Part shown: one piece after another, positions 1 through 10,530 of the stretch
Layout of the letters: the number at the start of each line of letters is the position of its first letter
Numbering within the stretch: the stretch's first letter is position 1
NCBI RefSeq assembly: GCF_009914755.1
Contig: NC_060929.1
Direction: 5' to 3' (one strand)
Source: the human T2T-CHM13v2.0 reference genome, Homo sapiens
DNA length: 64,000 nucleotides
Made by a program: the position numbers and the translations under genes
The notes under the pieces: model-generated
The model's database searches: none
What the model saw: only the letters and a program-made list of their open reading frames with translations
Told to the model about the DNA's origin: nothing

Positions 1-901
1 CAGATGGTTTTAATTTTCACAGCAGGGCACCAGGGTCTATATTTGTAAATTTTTTTATTAAAATCATACCTAGTGTATTTTAGGGGCACTGAGGTATACT
101 CTTTGTGGCTCCAAGGATACTGTACTCAGGAATTTGGGGCTATGATTTTTGTTATGGAGAAGCAAGTCCCTTGTCACTGAAATTAAACTTTTGTGGGTGA
201 GGGAGGGGCAGGGGCTAGGAAGCAAGGGGTCAGGGAAAAGAGTGCACGAATTGGGAGTGGGGCGGTCACAGGCAAATAAAGCAGCTGGTACTGGGGAGTC
301 AGGCACAGCGGTTTAAGACCAGAGAGGAGAGAGAGCTAAGAGAGGGCGCGTGGCCTACCCAAAGTCACGCAGCAGCGTACTGGGGAGAAAAATGTGGGCT
401 GGTGGAGTGAGAGGAAAAGATTTGGACACAGCATACCTAATCAAGGGACAGTCACTCTTTGCCTGCTTGATGTCCTTGTTCAGGCAGGGCTTTGGGGGAT
501 CAGCTCTGGACCCCTCATCCTGAGGGAGGCTCTGTGGAGCATGGATGGTGTAGCATGGGGTCTCCCACCCTGGGGGGAATCCCAGTGGGGATCCGGTCCT
601 GATTGGGATTTCTGGGCTCCTGGGAGTTAGTTACCCTTCAGCTTTGGTGGCCTCCATGGACGGCAGTGGAATATCCTGCATACCCTTTCCTAGGGAGCTC
701 GCACCTCACTCCCTGTGCCCTTCCTGCTATGAATAGGCAGGTTAAAGGTGCCGGGGGCACTAGCAGGGGCTCCAGATGTTTGCCCTGCAGGAAGGGGCCA
801 CAGACCTAACTTTTGGAGGAAATAGCTTGACGTCCTGAAAGGCAGGGGAGGTGTGCGTGCACATGCCTGCATCTGTATCTATCTGTCCCCTTGGTCCCCT
901 T

Positions 902-1110
902 AGCTACTTCTCTGTGGTTATTTGTATGGCATCTGTCCTGATTTGGGGAATGGGGTTATTTTTGTGATTGTCTGTCTTGCTTTGGGTTTGGGGGATGGGG
1001 TTATTTGCATGGCCGCCTGTCCTGCTTGGGAGAATGGCCTTTTTGTATGGCCGTCTGTCCTGCTTTGGGAAATGGGTTTTTTGCACGGTTCTTTGTCCTG
1101 TTTGGTGGAA
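902..1110. repeat. Degenerate ~38-bp tandem repeat, 5 units, with an extra copy at 1294-1340
   Basis: Units resemble TGGGGTTATTTGTATGGCCGTCTGTCCTGCTTTGGGAA and start near 914, 951, 996, 1035 and 1073. Confidence 0.75.
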
Positions 1111-1481
1111 TAGAGTTGAGGGGCTAGGGAAGGTGGGTGACGATGGGTAGAAGGGCACACTGGTGTTCAGCCACAGGGGGCAGAACTCCCTTCTGGCTGG
1201 AGCCATCTGGATCCCAAGTGGAGCCAAGAGAGGCTGGAGGAAAGGGAACAGGTGATAGGCAGCTTCCATCTCCCTGCCTGAGGGGCAGGGGACAGCTACT
1301 TCTCTGACTTCTCTGTGGTTATTTAGGCATCTGTCCTGTGGGACTTGTTAGGCCTCCCCATGCCTGATTTTGGGGGAGTGAGGGACCAAAGATAGGACCA
1401 GGGACCATGTCACTGAGCCTTTAGACCAAGCCATTGCCCCTGGTAATAAAATGTGTCTTGTTCTCCTTCTGCCTTTCGAAG

Positions 1482-1588
1482 CCCAGCTCCTAGTGGAGAC
1501 AGACACCTTCGGTAGTCAAGTCCGGATCAAGGGCAAGGAGACGGAATTCTACCTGTGCATGAACCGCAAAGGCAAGCTCGTGGGGAAG
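1482..1588 (+). CDS. FGF18: Fibroblast growth factor 18, penultimate coding exon (107 bp, phase 1 to phase 0)
   Basis: Encodes (A)[35 protein letters not shown], the FGF18 core. Acceptor ttctccttctgcctttcgaag| and donor AAG|gtgagt. Confidence 0.97.
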
Positions 1589-1693
1589 GTGAGTGATGGT
1601 TTGGGATTCCCGGGAACTTCGGGTTCCCCTCTGGCAGCTCTGGGAGCTGGAACAATGTGTCCAGGGCACTGTCAGTCCCAAATGGAAAACAGG

Positions 1694-1695
<2 letters not shown>

Positions 1696-1779
<84 letters not shown>

Positions 1780-1796
1780 GGAGAGAGAGAGAGAGA
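1696..1796. repeat. Compound (TG)n(AG)n microsatellite
   Basis: About 30 TG units followed by an interrupted AG run. Confidence 0.97.
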
Positions 1797-2959
1797 CTGT
1801 AATCTCTTCCTTTCACCCCATCCCATCCCCCACTTCTCTTCCCCGGGCACTTGAACTCACCAGGCTGAGGTATCCATGGCTGTGTCTCTCCTGTTGGGTG
1901 TGGAGCTCTGGCTTGCTTGGTAGTGGGAGAATCCTTGAGGGGCTCTGGGGCACCCCGGCTACATGTCCCTGACGTCTGGGAGCAAGGAACCGGCAGGCCA
2001 AGGGCTGTGGCTGCATCGATCGTTTTAACAATTGCCAGGGGCTTACCGTCCTGCAGCAGTGACCTCTGGAACCTGGCCGCCTCGTCAGCGCTGGGCCTCT
2101 TGGTTCTAGCATTTCAGAAAGATTTTATTACTTTGAAACTGGCAAGAGAGCTGCATTTAACAAATTAGGGTGGGGGCAGGAGTGGGGGTGCAGGTTGGGG
2201 GGACCCTCGGGTTGGGGAGACCCACGTGTGTGGGGATCTGAGTCTCCAATGATGCTGCTTCTCAGCACCCCTGTTCGTTTCCTGGGTGCGCTTGTTTGCA
2301 AAAGTCATGAACTGGCTTCCTCTGGGTGTTCCAATGGAAGGTGTTATCCACAGGAGCTCTATGGTAGGGTCAGGTTCTCTGTCCCCTTCTCTCTGCAGGG
2401 ACTGACTCCCATATGCAGTTTGTACAACCAGGGTTGAGGGGGTTTTGCCTGGACAGGTGGAGTGGGGTGGAGGGTAGGCCTGGATTCTAAGGGGGATGGG
2501 CTTGTGCTTGGGGGCAATGCCCTGGCTGATTATTTGCGGTTCATTACATCTTGTTGGGGGTGGGGGAGATGACTTCAGTCTTGCTGAAGCCATGTTTTTG
2601 ATTTTTTGAATCCCCCAAGTCTTATCCCTCTCCCTTTCCCCCATACCAAGAGGCTGGGGAGGATGTAACAGGCCAGAGATCCCAGCCAGGGCATTGTCGC
2701 ATTATTTTGTTAATAATTACTGTCATAATAGCTTCCGCTAATTGAGCACTGACTTTCTGCCCGGCACTGAACTGAAACGCTCCCAATGAATCCCAGGAGG
2801 CTGCCACCGCTACCATCCCCATTCCACAGATGAGGAAGCCGAGGCTTGGCCACGCCCGGGCACTTGTCCCAGGTCCCACACTACAGCTCGGCGGGATTCA
2901 AAGCCCGGTTTGGAAGGAAAAGATTCCAGCCGCACTGCCCACACCAACTGAGGCTTCTC

Positions 2960-3800
2960 AAAGAGCAAAATAATAGTAATCCGCAGAGCGCGGCTCCGGG
3001 ATGCCGAGGAGTGGTTTTAATTAGTGATTCACTTTCCGCCGTTGCGAGGCTGGCCGGCCGGCGAGGGGGGTCGGGGCCGGGGCCGGGGCCACGGACTGGG
3101 GCGCGGGCGCCGGGTCCCCCTAGCCTGGCCGGTCCCCCTGGCCTGGCCGGTCGTTTCCTGTGGCGGCGCGGCCCAGCCCCGCGTCAGGCGCTTTGTTCTC
3201 CTGCCCGCCTGGGCCGCCTCCCAGGCCCAACCTGCTTTGAGTTTTCGGCTCGTTTTTCTTTCTCCCCCAGCAGGGGCCAGCGGCACCCGCCAGTGCCCGT
3301 GCCCACGCCGCGGCCCGCCCTCGCCGTCTGCGTGCTGTTCCCGGCATCTTGACCCCAGGAGGGCTGCGCGGGGGTCAAAAGAGCAGCCCCGTCCCCTCGG
3401 GCCGCCCCCCCACCCCGCCGCCGGCCGCCTCCCGCCCGCGGGCGAGCCGCTGAGTCACCGCTTCCACAGGAGCCGGCTCCGATTTCCTGCCCCCTCGCCC
3501 TCTCTCCCGTCATTAATATTGGTGACGGTTCAGCTGGCGCGGCGCACCCTGGCGCAGCGGAGGGAGGCCCGGCCCCGGCCCCCGGCGCCTCCCCCGCTCC
3601 CGCCCAGGCCTCCACGCCCGACCCCAACCCTTGCCAGCCTCCTGTCTTCTGGGCCCACCCGGGGGACTCGAGGACGCCACCAAATCCACCTGTCCAGGCT
3701 TGACCTCTGCCCCGCCCAGCGCCCCCTCGCTCTCTGGCCCCCGAGGCGGGAATCTGGCTCCTGGGCTGCGGTCCTCTCCACAGCCTCCCTGCCCAGTCGT
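2960..3800. promoter_or_regulatory. Intronic CpG island in the last FGF18 intron
   Basis: Very high GC and CpG density, GC boxes, AP-1 TGAGTCA at 3451-3457, (GGGGCC)3 at 3073-3090. Confidence 0.85.
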
Positions 3801-4479
3801 ACCTTAGGCCCTGGGTGTCCCCTCCTGCCCTAACCCCTGCCACCGCCTCTGTTCTGGCCTCCTACCATCCCGGAAATCGTTGCCCCAGCCGCCTGGCGTG
3901 TGGCTTCTGCATCTCCAGGCCTTTCCCCGCTGCCCACCTTCGGCTTTCTACAGCACATACGGCATTGGAGGGCGGCACATGACCTGCCCTCCACCCCCAC
4001 CCAGCTCCAAACCCATCCATGGGTCCTCCCACCTTGCTATGGGACACCGAAGGCCCTGGGGAGCCTCCCCGGGCACATGGATTCCTTATGCTCCAGATGC
4101 GTGGCACTGAGCACCGCTGTTCCATGGACGGGGCCTTCGGGCACTGTCCATGCTGTGCCCTCTGCCGGGACTGCCCTTCCCTCTGTCCACTTGCCCTGAG
4201 TCCTGGCTGGTCATTCCCTGACCCCTCTGTCAGCCCACCCACCCCGGAGCCCCACAGTCCCTCGCACAGCCCTCTGTTGCCTGTCTGCTAACCTGGGTTG
4301 TCACTGTTTGTCTTTGTGCCTGCATCCTCTGTCACACTGGGAACTCCCTGAGGGCGGATTCTGCATCCATTCATCTGAGTTCTGTGTACCTGGCCAAAGG
4401 GCTCCGGGGGCACCAAAGAAATAGAAACATGGTTCCTGCTGTCTGTGGATTGACTCTTAAGCTACAGCCTGAATTATTC

Positions 4480-4590
4480 ACATCAACCCAAGGGAGTCTA
4501 AGCGCCCTGGCCTTGCTGAGCCTCAGCGTCGTCATCTGTAAAATGGGAATGATAATCTGGGCACTTAGTAAGCAGGTAGGCACTTGCTAA
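4480..4590 (+). mobile_element. MIR fragment
   Basis: MIR core ctgagcctcag...catctgtaaaatggg. Confidence 0.65.
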
Positions 4591-5136
4591 GTGTTAGTCC
4601 CTTTCCCCTTTGGAGCCAGGTCACGAGGTCACTTCTTCACCTGTGGGAACGCCTGGTCTCAGCTCCAGTGCCAACTCCTTTGGAGTGGCTCAATGGGGCA
4701 GCTTCCTTGGGCCATCTGTGTGCCAACCCTGCACATCTCTGGCCACAGCAAGGGTACCTGCATTGAGCCCTTGACAGAGCTTTCCAGAGGTTGCAGGCCC
4801 TTGCTGGAGTTACTCTTTCTGCTGCATTGTACCAATCAGATGCCAAAGCTGTGTCCCCAGCCCCTGCATGTTCAGGCGGCCCCCCTTCTCCTTGCTACCC
4901 TCTGGAACCCATGTCACCTGGCCCAGGAGGTGGCGCTTCCTTTCATTTTGTAAACAGTTGTTGAGTGTCTAGCATGATGTGCTAGGCATTTTTTTCCCCA
5001 TCTCTGGAGACGCAACCCAGATTGTATTTTTCTCATCTGCCACCACCTATTGCGATCACTGATGAGTCCTTTTTGGGGCAACATAGAGCCACAGACCTTT
5101 TCAGGGCAGGGGAGTGCTCTGCCCACCAGCACATCT

Positions 5137-5310
5137 TTGTTAAGATGGCTTTGGTTGCAAATGGCTGAAACTTAACCTAAAATGCCTTAAGCAAAAAGGG
5201 AATACGGGGCTTATATAGCAAACAACAACAACAAAAACCAACAGTCCAGGGGGTAGTTCTAGTTTCAGGTAAGACTGGATCTAGGGGCCAGATGAGGTCA
5301 TCAGGATTCC
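5137..5310. mobile_element. Ancient MaLR (MLT1-like) LTR fragment
   Basis: Motifs ggttgcaa...gaaac...ttaagcaaaaagggaat...ctggatctagggg, shared with the copies at ~7790 and ~15650. Confidence 0.5.
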
Positions 5311-7784
5311 GTCTTCAGATCAAATGGAAGGACTAGGGCTCCAGTTTGGGAAGCAAGAGGTTGGAGGTGGTAGTAGGAAAGAGATCAAATTCTGCTACAT
5401 CATCAGGGTTCTGGGATGGAATATTCACTTACTCTCTACATACTGATGCTTCTGCCTTGCCTGAACCAATTAAGTCAGAGTTTCCGGGGGTCGGGCCCAA
5501 GCACAGGTGTTTTTGTTTTTGGAGTCTCTGCTGTGGTGAGCAGGGTCATAGAGGTAGCCAGGAGCAGAGGCAAGCGTCAAGCCCGGATGTAGCCTGCTGT
5601 TAGCTTCTTATCCATTTTTGCCTGAGGTCACGCAGGGGAACTTGTGATCATCATAGCCCCAGGGCTGGTTCCCAAGATTCGTGAATTTCAGCCCAAAGCC
5701 TAGCTCTTCAGCCCTTTTAAGTAAACCCAGACATGCATTGAGCCCGCGTGACTGGCACTGGGTAGCTCCTTGTACATCCAAAACCTCGCTTTGTGCCAAT
5801 GGTGGCTATGTGGGCCTGGGGGAGGCGAGATGTTTTGATGGGCAGCACCTGCTCCTCACCTTTCCCCCTTGTGGACCTCTTTGGAACTGGGCAGAGGAGA
5901 AGTGAGCTGCAGTGGCTAGGGCAGGTTCAAATCCCAGCTCTGCCACTTAGAATCTCCATGACCCTGGGCAAGGCCGATTTGCTTCTGAGCTCTGCTTTCT
6001 TCTACCAAGCAGAGCTGAAGAAGAGGATGAAATGCAGTAATAGAAGTAGCAATGTTTGGCCTGTAGTTGGCAATCAATAAATGGTTAATGACTGAGTAGG
6101 GAGACCAAGTGTGCGAGACAATTTCTAGGGCTCAGCTTGCTTTGTCTCCCTAATCAGTGTGTCTCAGGAGGGACCTCTCATAGCTTCTGCTTGTCTCTGG
6201 GACATTTATAACAGATCCAGGAGGGAGAGTCTGTTTTCTTCAGGAGGAAACCCCTTTCATGTGTCATCCCACCGTTTCCATCCTAATGAAAATGCGTTCA
6301 ACCCCAAATGCTCGGGGCACCCCTGTCTTGAGCTAAGACCTGTGCTCAGCAACAAGAGAACTGAGAAGCAGCCCTGACCTCAGCAGGCACTTGGGCTAAT
6401 GCGGAGGCAGGCAGATATGGAATTTCTCTGTTGGGGCATGGGGAGGAGAAATGGGGTTCAGAAGATGGAGTATGTGAGCCCATTAAGGCTTGACGCTTGA
6501 ATGGAGTCTTGAATGAGGAAGAAGAATTGTCCAGGGAGATAAAGGGAAGTCCTGGAAGGCTTCCCAGAGGAGGCAGTTTTTGAGCTGAGCCTGGAGGGAT
6601 GAAAGCCATTTTCCAGGCAGTGGCAGGTATTCTAGGATGGGGGAGCATCATGGTGTAGCCTTTGTTCTGTTTGCTCCAACTATTTGGTTGAGACCAGGCA
6701 AAGAACCTGGATTCAGGTTGCACACACAGCTTCCAGAATTTTCCATGGGGTACCCAGAGCCCAGGGACCACTCCTCTCCACCTGCCTTGCACACTTACCC
6801 TGGCTTTCCTCACAGTAGACCTTCGCTGCTCACGCCACCCATACTGTCCTCTGGGTCCCACGTGTGTGTCCCAGGTCTGCCCATGCCTGTTCTGCAGCCT
6901 CCTCGAAAGATCTCATCTTCCAGAGAGTGTTTTCTTACCCTGCCTGTCCCTTTCTGCAAAGTTCAGCACTTTGTCTGGAGGGCCCAAGCTTGCCCTCTGC
7001 TCAAAGGTGAACGTTCCTGGAAGCTCCAGCCTGTTTTCCACTTCAAACAAAAGGCTGGAACTCGCACCTCAGTCTCCACACACAGCCAGACCGCTGGGCT
7101 TCCAGCTTGGCTGGGCATCCGTCCGTAACGAGGAGTGGGCCCGGCCTAAATTTGGAGATGTTAGTTGGAAACTCAAGTGCTGCTAATTCAGGCCTTCCAA
7201 CTTTGTGTTTCCCACTCTTCCCCATCGAGCAATTCGGCTGTCTCAGAGAGGAGACTAACACCCTGCCTCCTCACCACCCCCTGTCCAGATCAGATCCAAG
7301 GAAGGCACGCCAGCCCTGTCGGGAACAGCTGCCGTTCAGGAATAATCTAGCAAGCTCCTACTGTGTGTCAGATTCATTTATAAGCATCACTCCTACAGTG
7401 TCTCTATGATGCAGGAGTCATTGTTCCCATTAGGTAGGTGAGGAATTTGAGGTTTACAGAGTGGGACTGACTGGCCTGAGGTTACACAAGGGAAGTGTTA
7501 GAGGTCGTTTGTTTTCTGACTCCAAATCTAGTGCTCCTTGTCCAGCAGACCCAGGCTCCCAAGGGAGTTCACACATCGGCCCAGGAGCCTGAGATCCCAC
7601 AACCGACGGCACAGTTTGGAGTTTGGCCATGCGAAATCTCTTATTTTTGGAGGCCCCACCTTTCTTCATACCAAGTATTAAAATGCACCACATCCCACAT
7701 GACATGTAATTTGTATTTAACTAGATCACAGTGGAGTTGAGTTACAGCTGAGTAGCTGATTTAATGTCAGGTTTTATGCAAATC

Positions 7785-8270
7785 TATCAGGACTCATTTC
7801 TGTTGTAAGCGATAGAACACAGTATCACCTGTTTTAAAGGAAACGAACCATCATTGGCCCACATAACCGTGAGGTAATGTGAGCTTCAGACGTGGCTGGA
7901 TCTAGAGCCCAAATGATGTGACCAGGACGTAGTTTCTGTCCTTCTCTCCTCCTTGGCTTTGCTTCATCTGTGCTGGCTTCACTGTCAGACAGGATCTCCC
8001 CTCATGGTGATAAAGTGGCTGCCTCTGCTTCAGCCTTACAAACTCCTCTGGTTTAAATCCACCTATGTTTGGGGTTGCCTAGAAAAGGTCTCAAGGAACA
8101 CTGATTGGATGGCTTGGGTCACTTGCTCACCTGTGAGCCAATCACTGAAGCCACAGGGAAAATAGTGTCTGGATGTCTTGCTCTGGTAGGGATGAAGTGG
8201 AGCCATTGGGCTATCTGGGTGGAGAGTGGGGAAGGAATAGATTTCTGAATGACAATGGGAGTCTGTTACC
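7785..8270. mobile_element. Ancient MaLR (MLT1-like) LTR
   Basis: Motifs gcttcagacgtggctggatctagagcccaaatgatg and ctgattggatggcttgggtcac. Confidence 0.5.
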
Positions 8271-8416
8271 TAATTGGAGGGTGGGGGAAAGATGCAGGGG
8301 CCAGTAACAAAAGTTTACTCCACAGATCCAGGAAGTGAAGGCTCTCTGTCCTATGCTGCCCCAGCCACAGCCTCCTGCCCATGCCCCTTGTACCTGCTGT
8401 CTCCTCTCTCTCCTCC

Positions 8417-8870
8417 TAACAAAGAGTCTTCACTCGGCCAAACTAGAGTCAGGCTCCTGAACCTTCTCTTATGCCCATCTGTGCACTTCTTTGTAAAATC
8501 CAGTTTTAGCAAGAGCCCTGCTAAGTCAGTTTAGCAAGGATCCCCCACTCTTGATATATGATCAGGGTCCTCATCCTCCTCCATCCCTCAGGTGATGTCT
8601 GGTCACCCTGGCCTGTCCTCAGCAAAGTCTCTGTTAGGTGGCTTTAGCCAGAATCCCCTACACCCTCGATGTTTCCTCTTAGTCATTTTCCACTCTGCTC
8701 CTTGGCTATAAACCCCCACCTGCCTGTGCCATATTCAGAGTTAAGCTCAATCTCTCTCCCCCACTGCAAAACTTCATTACAGTTGTCCCTACAACAATCG
8801 CAATGGTCCTGAATAAAACCTTCCTCGCTGTGCTTTGGCAAGCATAACTGAGTCATTTTTTTCTTGAACA
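8417..8870 (+). mobile_element. ERV1-class solo LTR (MER31-like), sense to FGF18
   Basis: Resembles the recalled MER31 consensus. TATAAA 8707-8712, AATAAA 8812-8817, ends ...TTGAACA, 4-bp TSD CTCC at 8413-8416 and 8871-8874. Confidence 0.82.
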
Positions 8871-8891
8871 CTCCCCCTCTCTCCCCTGCAG

Positions 8892-9158
8892 CCCGATGGC
8901 ACCAGCAAGGAGTGTGTGTTCATCGAGAAGGTTCTGGAGAACAACTACACGGCCCTGATGTCGGCTAAGTACTCCGGCTGGTACGTGGGCTTCACCAAGA
9001 AGGGGCGGCCGCGGAAGGGCCCCAAGACCCGGGAGAACCAGCAGGACGTGCATTTCATGAAGCGCTACCCCAAGGGGCAGCCGGAGCTTCAGAAGCCCTT
9101 CAAGTACACGACGGTGACCAAGAGGTCCCGTCGGATCCGGCCCACACACCCTGCCTAG
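8892..9158 (+). CDS. FGF18: Fibroblast growth factor 18, terminal coding exon
   Basis: Acceptor ctctctcccctgcag|CCC. Encodes [43 protein letters not shown]...[11 protein letters not shown] with TAG stop at 9156-9158. Joins the upstream exon in frame (LVGK|PDGT). Confidence 0.98.
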   Translation, partial: PDGTSKECVFIEKVLENNYTALMSAKYSGWYVGFTKKGRPRKGPKTRENQQDVHFMKRYPKGQPELQKPFKYTTVTKRSRRIRPTHPA

Positions 9159-9978
9159 GCCACCCCGCCGCGGCCCCTCAGGTCGCCCTGGCCACACTCA
9201 CACTCCCAGAAAACTGCATCAGAGGAATATTTTTACATGAAAAATAAGGAAGAAGCTCTATTTTTGTACATTGTGTTTAAAAGAAGACAAAAACTGAACC
9301 AAAACTCTTGGGGGGAGGGGTGATAAGGATTTTATTGTTGACTTGAAACCCCCGATGACAAAAGACTCACGCAAAGGGACTGTAGTCAACCCACAGGTGC
9401 TTGTCTCTCTCTAGGAACAGACAACTCTAAACTCGTCCCCAGAGGAGGACTTGAATGAGGAAACCAACACTTTGAGAAACCAAAGTCCTTTTTCCCAAAG
9501 GTTCTGAAAGGAAAAAAAAAAAAAACAAAAAAAAAGAAAAACAAAGAGAAAGTAGTACTCCGCCCACCAACAAACTCCCCCTAACTTTCCCAATCCTCTG
9601 TTCCTGCCCCAAACTCCAACAAAAATCGCTCTCTGGTTTGCAGTCATTTATTTATTGTCCGCTGCAAGCTGCCCCGAGACACCGCGCAGGGAAGGCGTGC
9701 CCCTGGGAATTCTCCGCGCCTCGACCTCCCGACGACAGACGCCTCGTCCAATCATGGTGACCCTGCCTTGCTCGCAGTTCTGGAGGATGCTGCTATCGAC
9801 CTTCCGTGACTCACGTGACCTAGTACACCAATGATAAGGGAATATTTTAAAACCAGCTATATTATATATATTATATATATATAAGCTATTTATTTCACCT
9901 CTCTGTATATTGCAGTTTCATGAACCAAGTATTACTGCCTCAACAATTAAAAACAACAGACAAATTATTTAAAAAACC
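9159..9978 (+). other. FGF18: FGF18 3'UTR (end approximate)
   Basis: Repeat-free sequence after the stop, with AU-rich tracts (9646-9656, 9858-9895), running to an ATTAAA signal. Confidence 0.8.
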
Positions 9979-10010
9979 ATGAGGCGAGTGGTGGCTGGTG
10001 GCTGGTGGCA
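9946..10010 (+). terminator. Polyadenylation signal ATTAAA with GU-rich downstream element
   Basis: ATTAAA at 9946-9951, upstream TGTA at 9904, and GTGGTGGCTGGTGGCTGGTGG from ~9988. Confidence 0.7.
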
Positions 10011-10090
10011 GGGCGGGGGCAGGGTGGCCTCTGTGTCTCATGCTTTCTGGTTGGTCTGTGGTCTTTGCACTGAGAGCTAGGGCCTTGCAC

Positions 10091-10530
10091 ATTCATTCAT
10101 TCATTCATTCATTCATTCATTCATTCTTTGAATTCAACATTACTATGCACCAGGCGCTGAGAAGGCAGCCTTAGAACAGATGGAAATCCTTGCTTTCCGG
10201 GAGATTCCATTCTAATGGGTCATTGATTCAGTGGCCTCTTCAGTCATTTGTTCATATGCATTTACTCGTACCTCTCATGTGCCAAGGCTCGATTCTCGAC
10301 CCTGGGGATTTATCCAAGAACATGGAAGAAAATCCCAGCCCTCAGGGAACTTCACTTCTAGTAATTCATTGATTCATTGCTTCATTTGCTCATTTCTTGA
10401 TGGATTTATCCATTCAATATATATTTCTTAGGCACTTACTAAGCGCCAGGCACTCTTCTAGGTACTGGAAATTCATCAAAGAATAAAACAGACAAGAAAT
10501 CATGCCTGTCAGAGCTTGCAGTCTAGGGAT
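10091..10530. mobile_element. (TTCA)n tail plus L2 3'-end fragments
   Basis: (ATTC)n followed by repeated cattc...tactatg..ccaggc L2-end motifs. Confidence 0.6.

Noticed and set aside
902-1340. CRISPR-like array
   Set aside because: Units are degenerate and adjacent, with no unique spacers or cas genes, in eukaryotic intronic context.
3024-3843. Long overlapping ORFs (269 aa +, 219 aa -) in the CpG island
   Set aside because: Pro/Arg/Gly-rich ORFs on both strands are expected from stop-codon scarcity in GC-rich DNA, and there is no recognisable domain.
8853-9197. 114-aa antisense ORF over the last exon
   Set aside because: Shadow of the GC-rich FGF18 coding frame.
9511-9546. A-rich tract as a transcript end
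   Set aside because: Genomic A-run with no upstream hexamer, a likely internal oligo-dT priming artefact.
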